In this document: positions 26,301 to 38,300 of the stretch, one piece after another
Position numbering within the stretch: position 1 is the stretch's first letter
Layout: each line of letters opens with the position of its first letter
Assembly: GCA_002269645.1 (NCBI GenBank)
Contig: NIVC01000168.1
Coordinates: 248,001 to 312,000 of the forward strand
Reading direction: 5' to 3'
Source: Macrostomum lignano
Taxonomy: Eukaryota
DNA length: 64,000 nucleotides
The notes under the pieces: model-generated
What the model saw: only the letters and a program-made list of their open reading frames with translations
What the model was told of the DNA's origin: nothing
The model's database searches: none
Position numbers and translations under genes: made by a program

Positions 26301-29300
26301 TCCAGACAGAGAGAGTCCACCGAACGAAGGCACAACCAGATGCCGTCCGCTGTAGTTAAGCCTTCAAAAGCGTACTCAAGACTGAGGTCTGGCAGCTCCG
26401 GTGAGCAGGCGACGCAGTAGAGCGGACGTCCGGCAGCCACAGCGAGATTCCACAATGCCGCGAACAATTCCATGCTACCCCCAGAGCTTCCACTGTCACT
26501 ATTGTCCGAATGGCAGAGCGTTGGGAATCGATGCTTAGTATTATAGATCAGATTGCCCGCCACATTAGTGCTCTGAGGACAGCGCTCAGCTGAACCGATG
26601 TACTCCCAGCCGTAGGAGAGACTTTGTCCGCAACAGTGCAACTGCACTGAGCCGTCTTCGGAGGACCGGGTGTAGCGCAACTCGCCGGCCCACTGGTCTA
26701 GGAAGCGCTGCCGCACGTCTGCCTCACTGCCGCTGTTTTCAGTGTCTGGTGCCTGTGGAAAACGTAATTTATAACCTTATGAACTTTTCTGTACTGTCTA
26801 AGTAAACTCATGACTAAAATACTATAGGCATGTTACCTCATCTGCGTTCTCATGTCCATCTTTCTCCTGCCCGGTCCACGCGTCAATAAGGGCAATCTGG
26901 TAGCCAAACAGGAGAATGAGCTGGCGCAGCTTAGCCTGCTGTGCCGGAACTAGCAATAGCCTGGCATTAGCTCGAATCTTCACCATCGGATCTTCTACGG
27001 GCTTGTCGCTGAAGTCAAATTGATTCACTTCGTCGATGGTTTCTGCAGCAGGCTCCTGAGCTGCTGATTCGTTGTCTTCTGGCTTCTCTTCATCGCCTTG
27101 TCCTTCGATTGGTTCACCTGTCTCATCATCATCGCCAGATGCTGGCTTCTCCGCGTCGTCTTTGGCGGCTTCATTGCCTTCTTCTGTTGGTTCGTCAGCA
27201 TCGGGCTCTGCGTGAGCAGCTGCGCCTGAAGCCGCTGGTGTCGCTGCACTTGCGGCTCTCTCTCGAATGGTGTCCGCCAGACTGCGGTCCTCCGCGGCCT
27301 CATCCTCCAGATCCATATATTCCTCATCGTCGTCCGAATCGGCATCGTTCTCTTCCTCGCCTTCATCGCGCGGCTGCCTCAATCGGACGGCTTTTTTTGA
27401 CGCGGCTCTCGAGATGGCCGCCGCCTCAGCTGCTGCTGCTCGCTCCTTAGCTTTGATGGACTCGGCTTCAGCGATAATTCTGTCGAAAAGTATAAGCAAG
27501 CGTCGACAGAGGTCCTGGCTTCCTCGCAGGCCAGATCGAACCTTGCCGAGCTGTTCCTTCCAGCCATCGCTGGCGTAGGCAGCTTGATCGACTTGAGTTG
27601 AAAAGTCAATCTGAGCTCGCAGGTGGCACACTTCCGCTACGCTGTCCAGCAGCTGGCTTGCTGACAACTCAAGCTTTTCCGAAGCCTCATCTTGCTGCTG
27701 CTGCTGCTGCTTATTTCCCTTGGGGGCTTCCAGTCTTTCCAGCGCGTCGTTAAACACGGAACTGATCGGCTCACCAGCCATCATTGCTAGCGCCTCCCTG
27801 TCGTTCTTCGGCAACCGACGCTTTAGAATGGACTGAAGCTGCTGCTGCTTTTCTTGCTGCTGCTTCTGATAAGCTGACTGCGACTGTGACTGAGGCCTCG
27901 AATTAACTTCTTTTTTGCTTCCTTCAACGACTTCATTCTCTTCTTCTTCTTCTTCTGGTGTCGGCTCGTCATTGTGCTGTTGCTTCGTCTCGAAATTTTC
28001 ATATTCGTCTGCGTCGGGTGACTTCGCCGCCTCACCGAAAGTAGCGGCGAGTTGCGTTTTGAGGGCGGCTCGAATCGCCTCCAGTAGATCGCCAAGCCAA
28101 CTGCAGTCGAGGCCGCGGCAGACTACTGGGCTGGTCAGCGGCAGTTCTTCGCCAAGTCGGCTGCGAATCCCAGTCACCTCGCAGACGGCCGGATTGTCCT
28201 CCTGTCTGGTGAACACCAGCTCGCCGACGTTCTCGAACAGTTTGCCAATGTGACGGTTTAACAGCTCCGCGTCGTGGCAACTGCCGTACACCAGGAACAG
28301 ATCCTCGGCTGACAGGAAGTTGAACCGAGGAAACTTGGCGCGTATCTGGCCGTCTAGATAGGATACCAGCTCTTCCCGGCACTTGCGAAGCAGGCTGTCC
28401 ATGCGGTCGAGGATTGGCACGATGTCTGTTGAAGGTGACAGGTTGAGGTAGTCAGCGAGGCATTCGTTTTCTGCTAGATAGAGGTTTGTCCCAGAAATGT
28501 CAGTGTGACAGAGGTATCGATCGGTACATGATGACGGGACAGAGGTACCGATACCCGGAGCATTGGACTAAAGGAAACATTGGTAAGGTGCCGATTTGAC
28601 ACAGGTATCGATATCGGGATGGGGGCGATGATGTTGGTAATATGCTGCAAAGGAACCGACAATGACAGAAGCAGCCAAGTGACCGGGGTAACAATGCTAA
28701 TTTCATAAAGACAATCTACACAAGACGGTAAAGAAATTCTGCATCATAAGCTCATGTTCTACTTACACTTCCGATTGCAGCATTGCAATAAATTCTGATT
28801 CTTCTTAGTCGCCTGCATCAGCCGTTTAAAATCGGCGCTAGCAATTTGAAATTTGGCGTACTCAGGCAGAGCAGAGAATGCCTTCTCCGACTCGTAGATG
28901 TTCTGCATCTGTAACCACTTGTCTTGCACGCGCAGCCACAGGATGAGCACTGTCTCAATGTGCTGCAAAGTTCTCTGCCATTTACCAATGTCATCTACGT
29001 AGCTTCCAGCAGTTGAGCTGGCCAGCATTTCAGCCAGCGAGGCCTGGTGCTCAGCCAGCTCAGCGAACACTTTGTCGGTGTTGTCCAACAAGTAGATCTG
29101 AGTATCGGATTCCATCTCGACACCAATGAGGCTGCTTGGGAGCGAGGCGATGCTCTGCATGCCGGCACTGCGACCGGACATCCGGCTGATCGAAGTTCGT
29201 CTGGCCGAACCGGCACCTGAGCCCTGCGGATTCGAAGAAGAGATTAGAATCTTTTTATGCGATTTAAATTTGATTAATATGCAATTAATACGTTTCTGAG

Positions 29301-32300
29301 TTAGTTTCACGACGAATAAAACAAAAATTCACAATACAGGATACGTGAAATACACAATAAACAATAGTTTTGATGAGTTTTTTTCTCGGTAAAAGGGTTA
29401 CAGGCGAATTCTAGAGTACACACAAAGTAAAGATTGACAATATCACTACTGATTTACTCGTATTACATTTAGTTAGTACAGAGCGTGACCATCATTTGCT
29501 TCAGATTTTCTTCAGATCTGATTAGTAACAAATGGATTGTACAACGCTGAAAAGTGTGGCAATTCACTAAGGACAAGTTGTGGAACATTTTGCTATTAAA
29601 ATATGCTTTACAAATTTTTATCTCCTTCTATTAATCAATCAGTTTACGAGCAAAATTAATCTTTTTCCTTGTCTGATTACTTGTCTAAGCTTTCGTCTCG
29701 AAACGTGTGGCTCAATTGAGGCTACTGTCATCTGAAATAGAAATCAGATAGCATAGCAGAAGTGCATGAATGGTAGGTATGTAAGTGTCTTAGGCGTTTG
29801 AAATTTCAGCTTTTATAGAGAGATTTAAACAAAAAGCAATGGAGGTTGTGACCGATAAAATATTAACTATCCAAAGAAAAAAGACAACTTACAGAAAGCT
29901 ACATGCAGCTCAGAGAAAAGACGTGTTGTGGAAAGAGTCTTTGTACATAAACTAAGGTTTTGTTCCCTTTTCTGACTTTTTCAACAACAAGTTACTATAG
30001 TTACTCAAGTCATAAAGCAAAACTGAAGCGAGATGGCAGTTTCTCGTTTTGAATCTAGCACTAATGCCCCAGTGGTCCAGGCTTACATTCGGCCCTCGTC
30101 CGTCGGCGTCTTCTGAGCTTTCGCCGACCGGCGTCATGTAGTGCAGCTTCAAGTCGAACACCTTGCTCATCCACAGGTTGTCAAAGTTTTTGATCGCCTC
30201 CTCGATCTCCTTGTCACTTTTCGCTCGTTTCACAATCGATGTCACGTGATCCGCATTGTCTGAAATTTGGGGATAACTTTTTAGTGAAGCATAAATATTC
30301 GCAGTAGGGTTCTTGCCACCCTGGTGCAGCCAGCTGTGATGCAATTCTGTCCATTTCACTGACTACTGAGCACATACAAGCGCGCAGATAGAGAACTGTT
30401 ACTGGCAATTTACTCACTTTGCAGTCCCAATTTGAGCAGTTCTCCAAGCGTCATGACCTCGAGTGACTCGGAGTTGATCTGGATCACACCGCCAGTCAGC
30501 CGAACCAGCTGCTTCCAGTGCCGCGGCTTCATAGCCGGATCTTTCAGCTGGTCGATGAGTTCCAGCACACGTTTGATTGCCGCGATCTCGCCGCAGATTC
30601 CCTCGAATACGTCCCAGTCGTGGCACTGGTTCGGCAGCCGTTCTAACCTTGCCAGTTGGGTGCAGCAGGCCTCGATCAGCTGCGATGGACTCAGCCGCTT
30701 CCATCGGAGCTTTTTCCAGTCAGCCTGCTCGGAGAGCAGCAATCGGACCGTTTCCCAGGTCATCTTCAAATTGTCCAGCGTTTCCCGACACTCGGTAATC
30801 ATTTCGAACTCGATGACGTCACTACCGAGAAGAGTTTGCACCTCTCGAAGATCCTGAGCCTCTTCTTCAACGTCGCGCAGAGTGCGCGAGAAGTCAGCGA
30901 GCAACTCCTGAACTTTTGACAGCAGGCAGGAATAGTTGAAGACGTTCGACTCGAACAGATCGTCCGACAGCGACTGCACGTTGGACTGGAAGTTGACCAA
31001 ATCAGTCTCGATAGTTTTTCGCTCGTTGTGAATTCTGGGGCCGAGCTTCTGCTTGGCGGAGATGACTTTGTTCTTCAACTGTTGCCAGCGATGAACGCTC
31101 ACGAGACCGTCTGGATCGCGAATCTCCTCCGGCAGCTCGCATTCGTACGTGTCTAATAGTCGAATAGTTCGTCGCATAACGTCAAATCTGGCGTCCATTT
31201 CCACCTGCTTGGATGAAATTTCATTGAACAGCCGCATCAGCCGCATGAAGCTGTAAGTGTCCTTCTCCTGGCCACTGATCCTTTCAATCTGAGGCTCGAT
31301 TTTTTGCAGAAATTCGTCCAACTCGCGTAGTGTTACAAGCACCTGCTCAGTCAGGTAAGACGTGAATTGGTACACCCATTTATTGGCTAGTGTAATCAGC
31401 ACTTGCTTCAACGGCCGCATGTTGATTAGTAGCCAACCCTGCAGGGTGAAAAAGTAGAGAAGCACGTGAAAGTTTTAGATAGGATAATCCTGGATAATAC
31501 TCGTAAATTAACATCGCAACAGAACTTTACCTGATTGCTGCTATCTGGCATCTCCTGGATTTCCTGTCTAGCCTCCAGGTAGAGTTCGATTTCGTCCTGG
31601 AATTCGGCTAGCGACGGCACACAAGTGCCAGCTTGGCCAGACGATTTCGGCGTCAGGAAGGCTCGCTCGCCAAGCGAGAGCTCGCCGCCTCCAGCTTCGG
31701 CGTCCATGTTCTCCTCCTGCTGGGCAGTCAAACGCGATCTCACTGAGCTCGGCCTCGATCTGGACGTCTGAAATACCGTCGACGAGGCGTTTTGCATCGA
31801 TCGACTAGGCGTTCGAGCCGGGTTTGGCGATGCTCGACCCTGAAGGAACTGTTGAAAGGTTTCAGCGATATCCGGCACCCATAGGTAGCGATAGTCGTTC
31901 AGGTACTCCACGTACTCGATGCAGTTGGCGGAGTTATTCACCACCGCTTCGAGAATCTTAGCGCGAGCGTCGGTAACTTCGACATCGGCTAGGATCTTGT
32001 CTAGGAACGGCGCTCGCTCCTCCTTAGTTAGTTGATCATCGTTTTCTGGCAGATCGGCCAGTAAGTTTGTTAGGAGACCAGCTCGACTCAGGAAGTCAGT
32101 AATCCAGCTCTGAGCCATCTCTGTGACGCTGCTCTCGTAGCTGAACTCGTCCAATGGCGGTCTGAAGCTGATGCGGCACTGGACCAGGTCAAGTCTGACA
32201 GTCAGGATCGGCGCAGTTGGGTTGTGCGGCCCGGTGAGCCCCGCTAGCGCCAGGCAGTTGGCCATGTTGTCCAGGCTAGTCATGACCGACTCTTTGAGCT

Positions 32301-35300
32301 GGGCGAACACGATGTCTTCATTGATAACACGAACGTAGGCTAGCCAAACTGGGGAGGCCTTGCTGATGCTCAACGATTGGAAGCTGGACTCGACTAGCGC
32401 GTGGATTCGATTGTTGCTTGGCTGCATTCGAGCCTCCAGACTGTCAGTGAGCTGTCGGTGCATGAGTTTGAGCTGCTCTGGTTCGTAGCTGACGCCCGGC
32501 TCGCGACCCTACAATATGGTCAATGTATTGGAGTTCTGTAGTTGTGTGCTGAACTCGCATGCAAACAAACACTTTACCTAAGAGTTTTGGCCTTCATGCT
32601 CATTACTTTATTTTCAGGCTTTCATTATATTTTATAAATGGCGATTTAATTTTCTAGCTACCCATCGAAGTCTGAGCCTTACCTGAAAAATATCCAACAC
32701 TCCGGACGTCCACGCGTCGGCAATCGATCGAATCTCGTCGCAGTTGCTCTTCAAAGTTCTCAGCGTCTTAGCCAACAGTTCCAGCACCAGAACGTGCGAA
32801 CGCTCGACAAAGTCAGCCGACTCCTCTAACTTCCAGGTGTACGCGCTGCACCCCTGTCGGAATAGTTGCTGAGCGTCGAGCACGTGACTCTGGAGCAGGA
32901 AGAACTCGGACTCGGTGAGGCTCTGCATGATGCCGTTGTACGTGGCAACGATGGTGTCCAATCGGGCGGCCAGGGTGCGCAGCTTGTCCAAGTCCGTCAG
33001 GCGAGCCAGTCGACGACCAGCCGCGGTCAGGCCGAGGTTGAACGGCTCCCCGGTCACGTGACGCATCTCGCGCAACAGTCGCACCAGCCTCGGATCCAAG
33101 TTGACCTCGTACTGATCTAGGTCACCAGTCTCCTTGCACACTAGCAGAGAGTTCTTCATGTAGTCGAACAGAGAGTCGGTGACGCCGTTTTGCCACTCGC
33201 TAACCAGTGCAGCCTCCTCGCTAGTCACCTGTTCGAACACCTCGGCGTAAAGGGTCTTAAGCTGGTAGCCCAGCTCGCCAGTAAGCATGTGCGGCGACAC
33301 CTTGTGAATTTTGAGCCACGGCTGCTCCAGACGCTGTCGTAGGCCGCGCAACCAGTACAGCGTCGAGACGAACCGCGGCATGTGTCGGATCGGCGGTGGG
33401 TTAGCGCGCTGACTGCGGAAGATCTCCTGCACCACCATCAGATCGTCAATAAAACTCTTCACTATTAGCTCGTCCTTGTCTTTGAGAACCTCCTGGTAAA
33501 AGGTAAAAGTAGGAAATGTGGACTTTAACAAAATTTTTAATAAGTTGAAAAGTTGAAAGTGTATCGCACAAAAGTGAGTTCACCGATGGAGACCAGTTGA
33601 AAACGAACTCAGGATCTCAGAACTCAGATCTTGACATGTATCTTAAGTCGTTAATATCGTTTTAGCCACACATTAAGAATTGCTCTCACAACCGCTGGGG
33701 TCTGCTCACCTACCTGTACAATTTCTCGTCCGCTGATGCCCTCGAAGACCTCCAGTAGTCGTAGCTGAGCCAGCACTGTTGGGCACTGTTGCAGACTTTG
33801 GCTAAGAATTTTGGCCAGACAACGTTCGAGTTCCTGTAAGATTTGAATGATATTTGACATAAATTTAAAGCTTTGAGATAAATTATTTGGATCCTGAAAA
33901 TATATATAAATTTGTACTGTAAAATATTAGTACTTTTGAGTCAGTAAATAAAAAAATGCGTTTAGTAACTGTTTTGTTAGTAATATCTTGAAAATTCGCG
34001 TGCATTCAAATTTGACTTCGGTGGAACGTTTTTTTACATGAAATCGTACTTAATTTGGTACATGAAAATTCTTTTTTTAATTGTGACATCTATGGATGCC
34101 TGTAATTCAAACGGGGGTTGTTAGTACTGCAAACTTACAGTACGGCAACGGGAATCGAACCCCCGACCTTCAAGTGGCGAGCCTGACGTGGCTAGAACCA
34201 CGTAAGACACAGAGTATATTTCAACCCCGCTAATAGGAAATGGCAATAAAAATTGAAAAGCTAAAGTCTAATTCCTGACATCGTAGTGATGATTTATTTA
34301 GTAGCTAGTAAACACTGACGCAAAACAGGAATTTTCTGGCGGATTTTAGTACAACAAATTCATTTTAAAAGTCAAACCTACTCCTTCGGTATATTTTCCA
34401 CCGTCCTGAAAATGCAGTTTTTATATAGTTTTTCCCGTAGATTTTAAAAAAAATGCTATTAAATTCTGTTTACTGGCATACTACTGATCAGTCAGTAGCC
34501 CTGTTGTGCGTTTTGTGTGCGATTTTGTGATTTAAGTATCAATTGTGTGATGTGAATTGGCAACCGATTTCATAGGTAAATTATTTCTTCAAGCGACCAT
34601 AACATTTATTCAAGAGCTATCATTCCTAGCAGTATGCCGTGACAATAAATACAGCGACAGTGACAAAAGTACAATTTGACAGATATCATATAAGTGCAAT
34701 TACAATTTTGCAATATTTCCAAGTCCTTGCGTATAAAATATTGCATCTAAATAACTTACTTTTTGCAAAGTTGAAGACTTACCAACAGGTTATACAGATA
34801 ATTGCAGACCTAAGTTGTCTTTGTTATGTTTATAGTAGAAGATTTATTAGATTAGATTTCTGCGATAGTTAGGAATCTTTAGGAATGAAGAGTATGCATA
34901 GGCTTCTGCCAGAGTCTCATGGGGGCTGCTCGTGTGTGCATTTTATATCTTTAAAACTCTATATTTGAAATGCGTGCACACTCACACACTGTAGTTACTT
35001 TTAGAATTACTTCCAATGCAAGGGCGTAGCCATGGAAACGTTTATTCAATGGGCTGCGCTTTACAGCGTTTCCTCTTTGTTCGTGTCAGAGGCGCCAGCA
35101 CCAGAGGCGCCAGCACCAGAGGCGCCAGCACCAGAGGCGCCAGCACCAGAGGCGCCAGCACCAGAGGCGCCAGCACCAGAGGCGCCAGCACCAGAGGCGC
35201 CAGCACCAGAGGCGCCAGCACCAGAGGCGCCAGCACCAGAGGCGCCAGCACCAGAGGCGCCAGCACCAGAGGCGCCAGCACCAGAGGCGCCAGCACCAGA

Positions 35301-38300
35301 GGCGCCAGCACCAGAGGCGCCAGCACCAGAGGCGCCAGCACCAGAGGCGCCAGCACCAGAGGCGCCAGCACCAGAGGCGCCAGCACCAGAGGCGCCAGCA
35401 CCAGAGGCGCCAGCACCAGAGGCGCCAGCACCAGAGGCGCCAGCACCAGAGGCGCCAGCACCAGAGGCGCCAGCACCAGAGGCGCCAGCACCAGAGGCGC
35501 CAGCACCAGAGGCGCCAGCACCAGAGGCGCCAGCACCAGAGGCGCCAGCACCAGAGGCGCCAGCACCAGAGGCGCCAGCACCAGAGGCGCCAGCACCAGA
35601 GGCGCCAGCACCAGAGGCGCCAGCACCAGAGGCGCCAGCACCAGAGGCGCCAGCACCAGAGGCGCCAGCACCAGAGGCGCTAGCACCAGAGGCGCCAGCA
35701 CCAGAGGCGCCAGCACCAGAGGCGCCAGCACCAGAGGCGCCAAAGCTACTGCAAAACTGTACTGGATGACCCCTTCTGACTAAGTTTCTGGCCCTACTAT
35801 AACTGGCATCGGCATTTTCTGTAACAAACATGCGAGCACAGATTAGTGCCAGCACTCACCCGAACCACCGTCCGAAAATCGAAAAACGCTCTCTCAAACT
35901 CTTTCGGCCGGTTCAAGTCGAGCACGTTAGTGACCTGCTCAAAGAAGTCGCTCATGGCTGAGCTGTATTTCTCGTGTATCTCTCGAACGATCGCGTCCAA
36001 TGACTGACTGCCGGCGCCGCCGATCTCTGCAGCATCGGCCAGAAGGCGAAAGTGTTGCGTTGTCTGCACCAGCTCCAGACAGTCTGTGCAGCGCTCCATG
36101 AAGGCGTTGAACAGGGCGAAGCACGGGGCATTCCTAGCTGGCCAGGGACTGTCCAGCAGCACCGGGTCAACCTGATACTCCGGGTCGTTCAAGTACTCCG
36201 ACCGTTTCAGTCCGTGCTTGAAATTGTACTTGTGCGGTCCGTACATCCGAACTGACCAAATCTCCGGCTTTGGCATGTGATTGCTGCAGGTTAAAGTTGA
36301 GCATTGGGCATTGGATAAGATTGTTAAATCAATAAATCGACAGATTAGAAGTCAAGGCTGGGAAAACCTTTGCCAGCTAAATTGGAACAGGTTATGAATG
36401 GGATGTAGGTTAAGGATGGATCAAATTGCAGGCACTTAAAAGAAAACTGAATCAAATTTGATTTGCACAGAGAGTACAAAATTTAATTAGTTCACACAAA
36501 AATTCATGCACGTGTTTTCTAAGCTCTTAATTTCATGTAATTTGATGCAACCTCATGTAGGTACTATGAGTAGTACATGCAAAGGCAAATCTGTTAAATT
36601 AGTAGCTTAAATAGAGGGGTGTCTACTGTCTATAAGTTTGAGAAAGTTGTAAACAAAAATTGAACAGGCAAAATAAAAACAAAATGAACTTTCTAATAAA
36701 CAAACAAAAATTCTCAGCATCTTTTGACTGAACTTCGGTTTCTCCTTACGCGAATGCATGGTATGAGGACTTGTAGGTTGGATCATTTTTCCTGTAAATA
36801 AAAATAGAAATATCAAGAACTGTTGTTGCGCGGCAGACTGCTAAGTGGCTGACGCTCGCTACAGAGTCAACCCCGGGGTTCGAATAAGTCAAGTATGAGA
36901 TTAGTCTATGAGCGTCAAGCATGAGATTAGTCTATGAGCATCAAGCATGAGATTAGTCTATGAGCGTCAAGCATGAGATTAGTCTATGAGCATCAAGCAT
37001 GAGATTAGTCTATGAGCATCAAGCATGAGATTAGTCTATGAGCATCAAGCATGAGATTAGTCTATGAACATCAAGCATGAGATTAGTCTATGAGCATCAA
37101 GCATGAGATTAGTCTATGAGCATCAAGCATGAGATTAGTCTATGAGCATCAAGCATGAGATTAGTCTATGAGCATCAAGCATGAGATTAGTCTATGAGCA
37201 TCAAGCATGAGATTAGTCTATGAGCATCAAGCATGAGATTAGTCTATGAGCATCAAGCATGAGATTAGTCTAAGCCTTATAGTCTAAGCCTTCTTGTGGG
37301 GAACTCAAACCGGAGCGTGAAAAAGCAACGAATGCAAAATATCGATTTCCATCACGTAAGAACTGCTCAGAATCAAAAGGCTCACATTTTCTCCAAATTG
37401 TCGGCCACATTTTTCTTATTGATGGCGTCGGCCTCCTCGCGGCAGTCCACGTAGGCGCCTTTGAATGCTGCGCAGAACTTCTGAACGTCTTTCAGCTTGT
37501 GAAACGACTGCAGAGGATCTTTCAGTACGTCCTTGCCAACGTAGTCGATGGCTAGATGGACAACTTCGTTAGCCAGCAGTTGGAGCAGGTTGCACAGGTG
37601 CCGGCTCTGGAGAAGGTGGAAGGAAGGCTTGGTGCTGGATTATTCTGCTTACGAATTCCTTTTGGATTCCCTTAAGAGATTACCTTTGGATTCCCTAAGA
37701 GATTCCCCTTGGATTCCCTTGGAGATTCACCTTGGACTCCTTTGGAGATTCCCCTTGGATTCCCTTGGAGCTTCCCCTTGGATTCCCTTAGAGATTCCCA
37801 TTGCATTTCCTTAGAGATACCTCTTGAATTCCCTTAAGAGATTACCTTTGGATTCCCTTAGATTCCTTTGGAGATTCCCCTTGGATTCCCTTGTAGATTC
37901 CCTTAGAGATTCCTTTGAGATTTCCTTAGAGATATCCCTTGAGTTTCCCTTAGAGATTCCCACTGGAGATTCCCTTGGAGCTTCCCCTTGGATTCCCTTA
38001 GAGATTCCCATTGCATTTCCTTAGAGATACCTCTTGGATTCCCTTAAGAGATTACCTTTGGATTCCCTTAGAGATTCCCCTTGGATTTCCTTGGAGATTC
38101 CGTTAGATTCCTTTGGAGATTCCCCTTGGATTCCCTTGTAGATTCCCTTAGAGATTCCCTTGAGATTTCCTTAGAGATATCCCTTGAGTTTCCCTTAGAG
38201 TTTCCCCTTGAGATTCCCTTAGAGATTCCCCTTGGATTCACTTAGTGATTTCACTTGAATTCCCTTAGAGATTCTCCTTGGAGTCTATCAGAGATTCCCT

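Noticed and set aside
29952-30359. ORF start MKWTELH... as a coding extension
   Set aside because: Dynein homology and splice phase support only 30087-30259 as the exon; the rest is intronic.
35016-35855. ORFs open in several frames on both strands (EAPAP, GASTR, APLVL)
   Set aside because: Consequence of a stop-free 15-bp minisatellite inside a dynein intron; no splice or flanking coding support.
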